A stretch of DNA of 60,059 nucleotides, filler included, from Hausera hauseri (lineage: Eukaryota), in assembly GCA_046269625.1 (NCBI GenBank). It is 11 parts of 11 records of this genome, joined end to end, with 100 filler letters (N's around TTAATTAATTAA, not from the genome) between each part and the next. Parts side by side here need not be neighbours in the genome. Positions count along the whole stretch, not along the records: positions 1 to 5,848 come from JBJURY010179973.1; positions 5,949 to 12,112 come from JBJURY010131983.1; 9 more parts are not named here. The stretch is one strand, 5' to 3'. Shown here piece by piece: positions 1-12,212 of this stretch. Made by a program: the position numbers and the translations under genes. The notes beneath the pieces are model-generated. The model was not told the origin of the DNA. It was given only the letters and a program-made list of their open reading frames with translations, and did not search any database. Every line of letters begins with the position of its first letter. Positions within the stretch are counted from its first letter, which is position 1.

Positions 1-260
1 ATGGTGTGGATGTGATATTCCAGCAAGTCCCACATTGGTTGGAAAAACATAACTAAGACTGCCGAGTACTGACCCCATAATCCCCAGACATGAACCCAAT
101 TAAGAATCTATTGTAGCATGTCCGTGGTCATGTTAGCTCTATGGATTCCATTTTACGTCCCTACAGGAGCTGTGGCATGCACTGCAAACTAATTAAAATT
201 ATATATCTAAAATATCCTGTGTATTTGCGGGTGATTCCAGCCAGAAGGTGCTGGAGGCCA
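1..260 (+). mobile_element. Tc1/mariner transposase 3' remnant
   Basis: About 75-110 translates P*SPDMNPIKNL, a degenerate WPxxSPDLNPIENLW motif. Confidence 0.55.
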
Positions 261-949
261 AAAAATCTAATTTGCTGTCATCCATTTAAATACTCGAATT
301 TTTTTTTCTTATTTGTTTTTGTTGTTTGTTTTAATATTAATGTCAAAAAACTTAAAATATATAATAAATACAAATCTTGGCTCTACAAAAGAGCGTTGTG
401 TACAAGTTTATTTAGTTTTTATCTACAGGTACCTTTAAAGAAAGCTGGGAGCCACTTATCTGGCTTGGTTTGAAATATCCTGTTTTTGGAATATTATTTG
501 TCCCTACACCTTTAGTAACAGTTTAACATCACAGTGCCCAATAATGGTTTTACAAATTTGTAGAAAGGAACGGGATTGAACCACACAGAACTCAGACCCT
601 AAATGTCCATCATTAGTGCTCCGACTTGTGGTCTGTGTGATTTCCAGGTGTCCACAAACTTTTGTTCACTTAATGTACATTGTATTAAAAAGTATATTTA
701 GTATAAAGACATTTTAGAACCAGGTGTGGAAAACAATAACAATAATAAATATGTGACGTGTGTATGTTGAACATACTTAAAGATTGTAGAGTTTATTTAC
801 ATATTTTAATATCAAAATTAGAACTATTAGAACTGTAAACATGACTCATTGACATCATTTGTTTTTTTATCTTTCCCGGTCAGAGTTACAAAAGGTCTTG
901 TGCCACCCAAAAGCCAGGAAATTCAAATTATTAAACAAATATTTAATAA

Positions 950-1835
950 AAAGGCTCAATTAATAATTTAATAAAACTCAATTAGAAATTAAATCTAAAC
1001 CTAAAGTTACAAAAGATGACGGCTGGTTCGACAAAGACTGTTCAAAGTTAAGAAAATAACTTCCAATAAATATCAAACCAAAAACAAAAACATACAAACA
1101 ACAATAACAAACAACTTATTTACTGTGAAACCCTCAAACGATATAAATATACACTAGGAACCAAAAACATCTCGGAACATCCAAAATTAATTAACACATA
1201 TTAAACAATCAATACAAACCAATTCTGGAACAACTGGAACAAATTAAAAAAGATCATGAAGGATTAGCTATCCAGAATGGGGACATCAGGACAAACAGTT
1301 TCCAATCACTTTTTAAAATCATAGAGTTAGATCCAAATTCTGAACAAAATCAAAGCATGAACAGATAAGAGGAACTGGAATTATTAAAGAGCACCAGAAT
1401 CCTTTAGATTATCTGATTACTGAACAAGAGCTAAAAATCAACACTAAAAATAATTTAAAGAAATCATCAGGATCTGATGAAATCCTGAATGAAATAATTA
1501 AACACTGTAGCTCAACATTTCACCTGGCCATATTAAAAGTCTTTAACTTGGTTCCTGAATTCAGGGAATAAACCTACACTCAGAACCAAGATCTTATAGC
1601 ATCAATCTGTAAAAGTGGAGATAAAGTTGATCCTAATAATTACCAAGGCATCTGTGTGAGCAGTAATCTGGGGAACTTATTCTGTAGTTTCATTAATTCA
1701 AGATTTTTAAGTTTCCTTACCAAACACAATGTGCTGAGTAAAAGTCAGATTTTTACCAAACTACTGCACAATCGATCACATTTACACCCTAAACACCCTG
1801 ATCCAAATACAAGTAGTTCAAAATAATTTGACATA
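950..1835 (+). mobile_element. Non-LTR retrotransposon (LINE) ORF2 remnant, 5' part
   Basis: Degenerate SGSDEILNEIIK and KSGDKVDPNNYQGICVSSNLGNLFCSFINSR, typical of the pre-RT and early RT region of LINE ORF2. Confidence 0.75.
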
Positions 1836-2689
1836 ACTATGTGCTTGTGTTACATCTACTGGGTAACTGTTGGTCAAGAGGTGTTGTAGGGACATTAACT
1901 AAGGGGTGTAAGTGTATGAAGGAAACTTGGTGTCAGTGCACAAATACATCAAAATTCAGTAAGCATGGTACTTTCTTATTTAATAAAATAAAATGATACT
2001 GAACAAAAAGAACCAACGTGTGTATACTACATGGAAGCATATGTAAAACATGTAATACGAAAATAAACCTGAAGAGGGAGAGCACGGACTGTACCAAAGC
2101 AAAAAAAAGAATAAAACAGGGCTACACTAAAACAGATTATACCAGTTAAGCTAATGAAAGAATACACATATACTCGACCTCCTCCATTGGGTGTCTAATA
2201 CACAGGAAAGGCCTACGTCTGCACCAGTTATGTGTGCACACTTCTTACCCGTTCTACCCTCCTAGAGGAGAAAGACAAACATACAAACTGATATAGATCA
2301 CCAAACAAAGTACTCATAAACAGGTAGTTATGGCTAACAAAACTGAAAAGGTCAAGGCTATACGAAGTTAGGCAGCTTAATGGTTTAAACTACAATATAA
2401 CTACAAATACAAGGAATCAAACCACCACCAAGCTTCTAACTAAGAGTTAACACTAGAACCCCAACAAAAAATTGCCACCATGCAGATCTCAGGTGCAGTT
2501 TATCTGTCCTATACAACTCCTCTTCCAGGCCTAGAGGCTGCTTTGGCAGTAGATAATTGGCTGAGGATGTCTGGAGGCCAACAGGGTCAACAATGATAGA
2601 CATTCCCCTGTACCTATAGAGGGAGAGTAAGAGAAAAGAAGAAGGAAGAAACAAACTTCTTGTATACATGCTCACACACAACCGCCTAT

Positions 2690-3730
2690 TTTCAGTGATT
2701 TAAAAAAGCTTTGGATGCAATTTGGCATAAAGGTCTGTTTTATAAACTGCTAGAAAGTGGTGTAGCAGGGTAAAACTTATGATCTTATTAAATCCAGGTA
2801 CACTGAAAAACAGTGCTGAATAAGAATCAGCACTAAGAGAACAAATCCCAAAATATAAAACTGCTGCAGTATTCACATGATCAGGTCCTGCTGTCCCCCA
2901 GTGCTCAGGCTCTAATGATGCAACTGGAGCTGCTACAGAAGTACTGTCAACCTCAAAAAGACTAAAATTATGATATTCCAAAGGGTAACAAACACACATT
3001 TACTTTAGGAAATCAAAAAGCCGAACATAATAAAACTTCTGTGCAAAAAAAAAAAACATTTGGAGAATTCCAATACGTATCTGGCTCAAAATTTTTAATC
3101 AATAATTGAACCGATTGCTCTACATTGAAGTGTAGTATTGGGTTTGCTCTACACACGTTAATTTAATAATTGAGACAAACATCCATTAGAAACCATGCAC
3201 ACAGAGTTCTGTAAAAGCATCCTAAAAGTGCACAAACACAACCAACAATGTGTGAAGGGCAGAATTAGGACAATTTCCTCTCATTCTAAACATACAGGGA
3301 GGAGCAAACAACTCCAATCTTGTACCCCAATCTTCTCATTATAAAACCCTGAAACACCAAGAGCTGAGCAAAGATACCAGAACCTTCATCCAACTGGACC
3401 TGAGTCACTATACTGAAACACCTCTAACACACACCAACACACACGCACATATACTCATAAGACACACATGCACTACTAACACACACCAACACACTACTAA
3501 CACTCAGAAAGAGCAAAAACATGCAAACTCAATTAAAAATAAACCAAATTACTCAGAATTAAATATCTGAATTATTCAGAAACTGAAACTAAACATTCAA
3601 GTGAAATGCAGTGTTATTTGTCCCTAAACAGACCCCTACAGTGCAGCAGATTATTTGAGCACAGTATTCAACCCTAAATTAAGAAACACCTTAATTAAGT
3701 ACAGACTGAATTCACACAATCTGGTCATGG
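2690..3730 (+). mobile_element. LINE ORF2 remnant, 3' part (continues the 950-1835 element)
   Basis: DLKKALDAIWHKGLFYKLLESG, a frameshifted DFxKAFDxxWH RT motif. Later CKSILKVH...TNNV*RAELGQFPL and LTKYRL-like C-terminal motifs. Confidence 0.7.
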
Positions 3731-3853
3731 AGAGGAAGTGCCACACCCGGTCCTGGTTACCCCAGAGGTGTCCCAGCTGTGCACTCTCACAGTAGAGACA
3801 GACCTGCACTTCCTCACACAGTGTATCAAGTACAAACATTGTGGGTAACCAGA

Positions 3854-3884
3854 TCTCTCTCTCTCTCTCTCTCTCTTTCTCAAA

Positions 3885-3937
<53 letters not shown>
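3854..3937. repeat. Compound (TC)n/(CA)n microsatellite
   Basis: Seen directly. Confidence 0.97.
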
Positions 3938-3940
<3 letters not shown>

Positions 3941-4732
3941 TGGACGGTTGTCCTTTTTTTCTTAAACATGTTTTCTTTTTAGACTTAAAACTGGATCTGC
4001 TCTGGATTTCTAATTTCTCCCAAAAATCAATGATTCAGCTTTTGTAGTCTACACACTATTTTTATGTGCTATTACACTGATTTCACCTCTTTTTAGATAC
4101 TTTTTAACATTTTTTAACATACACTCAAATTAAAATCCAGTTTTTGTCTTGGTTGAGACCATTGGGCAACAGAATGTATGACCATCAAAGTGTTCAATAA
4201 AGCTTCAGTTCATCAAAACAAAACTGCAGGAGAGAGTCGCTCAGGTAAAATAAACTATTTTATAAAACAAAAGATGATGTAAATGATGCAGAGGAAGTTT
4301 TTAGATTTCACACCACAAAACTGTTGCATATCAATAGAATGCTCATTTACCTTGTTTAGAAATTATTTACCTGCTTCTAAAAGAGCACAAACATTTTTAA
4401 TCATGCATACTAAGGTACAAGCAGCTGATCAAAGCTGTGAGTAAGAAAGGGTGCAATGAAGAAAAAAATAAATATAAGGTCCATAAGGCAACTAACTGGT
4501 TAGCCTTTGTCTTGTTTAGATTATCTTTCTTGTGGTGAAATTATTCTTAGCATCGTTTGCTCTGGTAATTTTTTGTTTTCCTTATTATTATTGTTATTAT
4601 TAATGTTTCTCTTATTTTCATTATTATCAATCATTGTTTCTTTGACAAGAATGGTGGACTGCAGAGATGCAGAACTCACTATTTGTTACAATAAAATTAG
4701 CTGCATAGCACTAATGCAATGATAATAATAAC

Positions 4733-4736
<4 letters not shown>

Positions 4737-4777
<41 letters not shown>
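4737..4777. repeat. (TG)n microsatellite
   Basis: Seen directly. Confidence 0.97.
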
Positions 4778-4780
<3 letters not shown>

Positions 4781-4799
4781 TATAGATCTGAAAGAAGGG

Positions 4800-5700
4800 A
4801 GACTCTAGAGGAGAAAAGGCACAAATAGTCTGTAATAGCCTGCCAACCCCAACAAACAAGTACCTCAGTTTTTGTTTGGGGCAGTTTGCAATGGTAGCAA
4901 CATTTTTCTATTGTGGGCCTCAGTTTGGCCAAGGTAGCACTTGGTGGGATTGGCTGCAAGTCTGATCTACCAGAGGCAACAGAATACCTTTACGAGGTGT
5001 ACCACATGCACTGCTAATGTGGATGAGTGAATAATTATATCATCCAGGTAGGCAGCAAGGGCCTGAACCAGATGAAAGTCCATTAGTGGATGGAGGCTTT
5101 CTAGGTGAGGAAAGGAATTCTTGACCTTGCTCCATATGAAAAGTCAGTAGAAACAGAGGGGAATGCAGGATAGGGTCTTTTCAAATTGCCTCAAAGGGAA
5201 TGGTGTGCCAAGTGCATGACTGAGTCAATGCGAGACCTGGGCAAAACCAGTACTTCCTCTAGCCCTTCAGGAGTCTGTTGATCTCGATTATACTAGATTA
5301 TTTTTATAACAAACTGAGCACTGAGGAGTGGTTGGTCAGAACGAGGAATCCCATTTATCATCATGTCGTTCTCCCATGCCCGTCTCAGTCTGTCATCCTT
5401 CCCTTGCTCCCAAGAGAAACTACCTGCTGCCTGGACGTCTTTAAAGAGGGAGTAGAGAGGGTTAGAAACGATGTGGAGCTCTATTTCAGCATTAGCCTCT
5501 TCACTCTCTACAGCCCGTGAGCAGCCAGCGCTGATTGGGGTGAGACCTTGGTGTGTTTCTGTGGCATGGAACGGGTGCTTGATTGAGAACTTCTTCAAAT
5601 CCGGGTAAATCATGGCTCACGAGAAAAGACACAGGAAGGTGTTGGACCAAGCCTACAGAAAGGGACCAGGACTTTTGAGACTTTCTAAGACACGCATGGG
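4800..5700 (-). mobile_element. Gmr1-like Ty3/Gypsy pol remnant with internal deletion
   Basis: In order on the minus strand: protease C-terminus (VGLVQHLPVSFLVSHDLPGF), pre-integrase region (EQGKDDRLRRAW...VMHLAH), then RT LAAYLDDIIIH near 5025-5060 and ANPTKC. Integrase-before-RT order matches Gmr1 elements of fish. Confidence 0.65.
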
Positions 5701-5739
5701 TGACAGGGACATTCTGTACATTCTGCAAGGCTTATGGTA

Positions 5740-5848
5740 ACACCCTGGATGGTGCGCCAGTCCATCGCAGATACTTACATGGCAATTCAGTGTCTCCAAT
5801 TATCCAGGTAGCATGTCTTTGGACTGTGGGAGAAAGCAGAGTACCCAT
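5740..5848. mobile_element. Teleost SINE-like fragment
   Basis: CACCCTGGATGG..CCAGTCCATCGCAG...GCATGTCTTTGGACTGTGGG, a motif common in fish SINEs; recognised from memory. Confidence 0.55.
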
Positions 5849-5948
5849 NNNNNNNNNNNNNNNNNNNNNNNNNNNNNNNNNNNNNNNNNNNNTTAATTAA
5901 TTAANNNNNNNNNNNNNNNNNNNNNNNNNNNNNNNNNNNNNNNNNNNN
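5849..5948. other. Artificial contig spacer (first of ten)
   Basis: 44 N + TTAATTAATTAA (stop codons in all six frames) + 44 N. Identical spacers at 12113-12212, 16449-16548, 25914-26013, 30784-30883, 35694-35793, 40626-40725, 46291-46390, 50395-50494 and 54578-54677. Confidence 0.98.
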
Positions 5949-8934
5949 ATTAAATACTATATTTTCCACGAATCTTTCAGCTATTGTGTCTGCCTTCATA
6001 TCAGGCATTGGTAGGGCAACAACCCATCTATTAAAATAGTCAAGGAAGACTAAAATGTATTTGTTTCCATTTCGTGTCAACGGCAATGGCCCCGTTATAT
6101 CCATTGCGGTAAACTTGAATGGCGCTGGAGGGTTGTCCCATACCTTTAGTGCTGCTTTGAATTTTGATCCTGTGTTTTCCGGGTAGCACATAGCTTGCAG
6201 CTCTCCCACCATTCCTGTACATCTTTTGTTATCGTTGGCCAAAAGTATTTCCGTTTTAATTTGTTTAGTGTCTTATTGGCCGATTGGTGTCCACCAAGTA
6301 ATCCATCATGATACTGAGTCAGTAAAACTGCTCTATTTTTCTTAGGAATTACTAACGCAGGTCCGTTTTGACTAATAAAATATAGAAATCCTATTTTTTC
6401 CTCGTAAGCTTCGCTGAATCGAGTCAGGTGACGGGTTAGTTCTCTGTCAACTGGTATGGTTTTGTCTTTTATGTACTTCCTAATGGCTTTTATTTTAACG
6501 TCTTCATTTTGATTTGCCTTAATTTTTTCGACTGATCTATCCACACTCCATACGGCTGCGACTACTGCCTTTTTTGTTTCGGTTTTATCGGGTATTCTCG
6601 ATAAGTAGTCGGCATTGGCATTTCACGTTCCATGCTTATACTGGAAATTCAATGTATACGGTTGCAACTTTAGAGCCCATTGTTATAGTCTGCTATTTGG
6701 ATTCTCATGCTGCTTTAGCCATTGGAGCGGTCTATGATCTGTATAAATCAAGAGCAGTTTATTTTCACTAATATATGGTAAAAATACTTCCAAGACAAAG
6801 ATTACTGCTAATAACTCTTTTTCTATTACAGCATATTTCTGCTGATGCATATTAAGTTTTCGTGAAGCATAAGCTACAGGGTGTTCATTTCCATCTTCGC
6901 CTTTCTGTGATAATACTGCTCCTACTCCATAATCACCTGCGTCTGTCGCCAAAATAAATGGTTTGGTCATGTCTGGATAGATTCATATAGGAGCCGTTAA
7001 TAGTCTTTCCTTTAAATATTCAAAAGCTTTTTGACATTCGTTTGTCCATATAACTTTATCTAGATTTTCACGTAATAATTCATACAACAATTTCTCAATT
7101 TTGCTAAAATCATTTATGAATCTTCGATGATAGTTTGCTAAACCTAGAAATTGCCGTAATTCTCTAACTGTACCTGGCTTGGGAAAATCTCTTATTTTTC
7201 ATAAAAGCTTGTCCTGAGGTTTTAAATCATACATGTCTACTTTATGCCCGAGGAAATCTACCTGTGCTTGAGCAAATGAACACTTCTTGGAATTTATCTT
7301 TAAACCCATTATTTCACATCTATCAAAGTGATCCTGTAGATCTTTTAGATGTTGTTGAAAATTTGGTGATGCTATTATTACATCATTTATATGTACCATG
7401 GCATGTGGAGCGTCTAAGAGTAGGTGTTCTGTTTTTCTTTTGAATGTTGGCGGTCCATTTTTAATCCAAACGGCATCCTATTAAATTCCCATAGCCCTTC
7501 TCCAATTGAGAAAGCCGTCTTTGGTTTATCTTCTTCTTTGACCTCCACTTGCCAATAACCCTTTTGTAGATCGATGGTTGTGAATATGGTCGATCCGTGT
7601 AGTTTGTCTAGTGTCTCGTTAATTCTTGGTAGTTGATATGTATCCGTCTCCGTTATTTCGTTCAAAGCTCTATAGTCTATACAAAATCTCAGTACCATCT
7701 TTCTTTTTAACCATCACTACGGGCGCTCTCCATGGGGAACAACTTGGTCGAATTATTTTATTTTCTCTCATCTCTTATTATTTTACGAGCTTCCTGTTTC
7801 TTATCATATGCTAATCGATACGGTCTTTTCTTAATTGGCTTGTCCTGCACGTCTTTCAACTTAATGACATGGTGTATTACTTTCATTGTGCCTAGATCAT
7901 AGTCAGTTTGTGCAAATCGACTGGCATTCTTTTCTAGTAATTCGATTAGCATCTTCTTTTCTTCCTTACTTAGAATTTCGCATTTTTGCAACCTCTCGTT
8001 CCAGTCGATATTTGTGGTTTTATTTCTTTTGTCTTCGTCTGGTTTCTTTTTCAGTTTTTCTGTCATAATCTTTTCTATTTTATCTGCATCTGATATTCCT
8101 GAGCAGGTTTCTTTTATTATTTCTTTAGTTATTGTTACTTTTCCCAATCTAGTATCCTTCCGTAATTGTTTTTCTTTATTTGTTGTATTACAAATTCGTA
8201 AGTGGACTTTTCCATCTCTTACTTTATCTACGTGAGGGGCGATTAAGACTTCGTATTTTTCCTTGACTTGCGGGAATGATTCACAATAAATTATCTCCGG
8301 TAACGTTTGACTCTATTTTTCCGGCGACTATTATCTCAGATCGTGATGGGATTGTGATGTCTCTTATTAGTGAGACCATTCCTTCGTTATGATCTTCACC
8401 GAACGTCTTAAGTTGACATGTTCTCATATTTATGTAAGCGTTCTCCAATTGGTTTAATATGTCGCACCCAATTAAAATCTCATTAGTCAAATTATCTGCT
8501 ATTCTTATGGTATATTTCAACATTTGTTCACCGATCTTAATTTTAGCATTTAAGACCATCTTGATTTCTTCTTCCGTGCCGAATGCTCCTACGTTTACCA
8601 ATGTGGTAGTTGGTCTTTGTAATTTCTTTTTTAACTCCTTTGGTAATTGGCTTCTTCTCATTATTGTTGTTGTAGATCCTGTGTCTAGTAAAGCCATCAT
8701 TGGATACACGTTCACCTCTATTTCTATTTCTGGTCTTATAGGTGGTTGTCGTTCGTTTTTATCCTCAACGGTGTACGTAGTTTCGTGTTTATAGGGGGTC
8801 AAATTTTCATCAAGACTTTGTTTCATCTGTTGCACTTGATGTATAGGATATAGTCCTGTATGTACTACGTACTGGGGAGCCGAAGGATTTATTAACGGTT
8901 GTTCATTATACATTTGTCCATGATATTTGTCCAC
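5949..8934 (-). pseudogene. pol: Gypsy pol (PR about 8440-8740, RT about 7190-7800, RNase H about 6590-6990, IN about 5949-6400), frameshifted
   Basis: ORF fragments 8281-8934, 7758-8147, 7414-7698, 7199-7399, 6683-6970, 6146-6544 and 5949-6242 carry the canonical motifs. Confidence 0.92.
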
Positions 8935-9138
8935 GGGGTCTAGACGAGGTAAATCCGTTATTAACTTCTGTCTATACTTCGGTTTTCATGTCTTTAGTAC
9001 TAGTTGTTTGATACTAGGTACTTGTTTCTTTGCTTTCATCTGACTATCGGCATCATTATCGTTAGGTATATGATACAAGGATTCTTTTTTGTCCTTCCTT
9101 TGTAGTATCTTCCTCTTCCATCCTGCATCGTGATTTGC

Positions 9139-10960
9139 TAAGAAACAACTTGCTACTGCCGGTATTACCGCTATTAAAATTTTTTATGAGCCCCCTACTG
9201 CTGCATGTATTCCATAAGCTTTACCTAGTGCCGTAAATACTGTCCGTATGGCGCTAATAATGGAATATATAGCTAGAAAACCGGAAGCTGCTTGACCGAA
9301 ATATAAGAACTTTCCCCACATTTTCGCCATAACGTTTTTTGTTACTTTCTTTAAATAATCCTTACCCATTAGGTTTTCCTATTGCAGTGATTCTTCGCTA
9401 TCCCACATTACTCACCTAGTTAGTTCTGTTATAACTCTGTCTTTGTTAAGGAAACAACAACATTCGTCGATAATCCTCTAGATTTTGTTGTTTATAAATT
9501 CCTCCCTGAGATATTCCTGTTAAGGGTTCATATTTTTGATTCCTTTGCAGATTAATTAAACTTAATGTCTCCGGTTTGGCACTGGCTCTCTTTTTGGCAT
9601 TATAATCCACTTGCCGTTATCGATTTTAAACATTGGCGACATACTGAAGGTGTAATTATATAATGGACTAGGCTTCACATTAATATCTAATAGTATTCTG
9701 GTTACTGGCATGACATATTTCGCTAATGTATGGTAAACTACAGGTAATTCCATTGTACATTCGTCCGTTCGTCTGATTAATACTTCTACCTTCTTGCATT
9801 CTATTGTTATCAGTACCTCGCCCATTACACTTCCGATAATCCCGTCGCCGAAGGGCATTACTGGTGCTACCATGTCCGGATTTGTTATTACCAATGCCAT
9901 TTTATTACGCGTTATTTCATAGTTCAACTTACATTCATTTATTACTATTTCTCTATATAAACCTCTAATTTCTTTCCTTACACAATTAATTAGAAAATCA
10001 ATCTTATTACCGAAATATTGTGTTAACTTGATATCTTTCTTATCTATTTTGATTTTCGCCCCGGGTATTTCTATTCTAGACAAGAAAATACTCTTATAGT
10101 TGGTTTTTGATATTTCTTCGCCGCACTTATTTGCTACTCCGGTGACTTTAAATCGCATCATTTCTTCTGGACTTTCCGAATATACAAATGTAGCTACCTC
10201 CGTCATCTTGACTTCCTTTGTTCCTTCTTTATATGTCACTGTCTCTTTCCGCCCTTTCCCTACTGTCTTGTTAAACTTTCCTTCCTTTAACAGTGTCAAC
10301 CGACATTTACTTGCTGAGGTTTCCTATGTCATTTTCGACTCTCCAGTATCACATTAGCCATTATCATGTTCGCACTCACTCATAGTCGTCATCAATTTTG
10401 TTTTTCATATTCTTTCAACTGGATCTGATAATCTTCGATGGCTACCGTTCTAGGCGCAATAGTACCTCCAACATCATAATCCACTCCATTTACAGGTGAC
10501 TTCCATTGTTTTATATATTCTTCCTGCCCTGAAAATTCTTGTATATTTTATTCCTGTTTCGAACTGGCAGTAGGTAAGCGTTTTGTATAGTCATAATGCA
10601 AATCTTAAAAGCAACCTGGCATTCAGCTCGTGATATTATTATTGGTCCGAAAGGTGTTGTGGGCTCGTTTATGGCCGAATTTCCAGAATAATAGGCACAA
10701 TTTAACAGGAAAAATGATCTTTTTACATAACATTCCCTAATTTTTCTTTGATAAATTCGGATTCTTGATATACCCAGTATGTAAGGCCACTTGTAGTTGC
10801 TACTTGTTCTGGGTCAACTTCTGGGCACTTCTCTAAATCCACTAGAGAGTACTTCCGTCCTTCGCTAGGTGTAGAGTAGTCATAAGCCACTATACATACG
10901 GCTTTCGGCATTAATAATGACGTTATTAGGAGAATTTGAAGAATCTCCACTATTAACATA
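9139..10960 (-). pseudogene. Chuvirus-like (class III, gB-type) envelope glycoprotein with internal signal peptide
   Basis: Signal peptide MLIVEILQILLITSLLMPKAVC, then IVAYDYS...YSLVDLEKC, CNGVDY, ECKLNYEI, GEVLITIECKKVEV, CTMELPV, PVTRIL, and C-terminal WGKFLYFGQAASGFLAIY..AYGIHAAVGGS*KILIAV membrane region. These match chuvirus G motifs as I recall them. Confidence 0.82.
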
Positions 10961-12212
10961 CCTGTTATGCCTGGTCTAGAGGTGTTTGGCTGTGTCGCAG
11001 TTGGCGTATCTGTTAATCTTTCACGTTCTCCTGACCTTACTATATTGGTCATTAAGCTGGTCAGCCATTTACCTCTACATTGAGCCAAGTTTCCTAGCGT
11101 ATCTTTCAAAATTTTTACGGCTGTCTTTATATTTCTTTCAATCTCTTCTAGATTTTGAGTCTGATGATTAATTACTATTATTTTATATAAGAAATAAGAT
11201 ATAGCCGTTTGGGCTTTTTCTCGAGTAATTCCAGTTACGAACATTTTTTCTAAAATATCCAGTTCATGCACTTCGTTTATACGTTTTTCATCTAAGTTCT
11301 CACAGAATTGTCTATTTATTCGCAGCATATTATTACGTAACGTTGTGAACAATTCGTCTGCAATTATTACCTGCATGTCAAATAAGGCAAATGACGTATG
11401 CAACTTAGCTAATAACGTTCTTAGTAATGGATCTATATCCACCGATTCGGGAGTGCCATTTGTTCCTGCTAATAATAAACGTCTTACTATTTCTTTGTTC
11501 TTATCATTTCTGTTACAAATGTCACTTATTTTTGTCCCTTTTTGCCTACTTCTTCTTATAGCTTCCGTCTGAACTGTAACATCTTGCGTATCACCCCTAG
11601 GGATTCCTTCTACTCCGTGTAGTTCTATTTCCCTTAAGATATTCTATACTGTCGCCTGTGCTCTTGCCTCTGGATGTATTTCAGTTATCGTTATCGGATT
11701 GTATTTCTCACTTCTACATCCCATTCTTAATAATTTATCGTAGTTACATAGTGTCCCTCCATAATAATTTAATTTATAAGGACTCCCCTGGTAAAAGGTT
11801 AAAATCCTCAATCTTTTCTCTTAGCGTTTGTATATCGTCTGCTTCGTTCATCCTAATGACCCTCATATCTTGGTTTCATTCCCTTACCGTTATCCGTATG
11901 ACTTCATTTCTTCCTTTCTCGTCTTCGGCAGCTTTGGCCAATACTGTCCTGCTTATTTCTCTTATAGGACTCGTATCTTGGGCTAATAATACCAACTGAG
12001 GTAAGATCTCGTTCATCCTTTCTACCGTTACTTTATTGGTAAGTATCTTCAATATTGTGGTAGTCGTTTTATCTACATCGAGTATATTATCAGGACCGAC
12101 AGTCATTACTGCNNNNNNNNNNNNNNNNNNNNNNNNNNNNNNNNNNNNNNNNNNNNTTAATTAATTAANNNNNNNNNNNNNNNNNNNNNNNNNNNNNNNN
12201 NNNNNNNNNNNN

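Larger units (their letters stand above)
5949..12112 (-). mobile_element. Family A copy 1: Ty3/Gypsy element, order Ubl/helical region - chuvirus-like glycoprotein - PR - RT - RNase H - IN (decayed, both ends truncated)
   Basis: LLDTGS protease; [19 protein letters not shown] and HINDV (mutated YIDD) in RT; LATDAGDYGVGAVL and YTDHRPL in RNase H; YHDGLLGGH...CKLC zinc finger and MDITGPLP integrase core. Glycoprotein lies upstream. Confidence 0.92.

Noticed and set aside
3651-4047. ORFs with CVCV/THTH runs
   Set aside because: Translations of microsatellites.
5893-5904. Recurring TTAATTAATTAA motif as a biological repeat or CRISPR-like array
   Set aside because: It is always centred in identical N padding, so it is an assembly linker. 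Adjacency across spacers carries no information.
5949-8934. BEL/Pao element carrying a chuvirus glycoprotein
   Set aside because: The RT (IDYRALN, DLQKGYWQV), RNase H (TDAS..G.GAVL) and integrase motifs are Ty3/Gypsy-type.
9139-10960. Stand-alone endogenous chuvirus fragment inserted by chance
   Set aside because: No chuvirus L or N gene is visible. The glycoprotein is in frame with its neighbours and at the same position in two divergent families.
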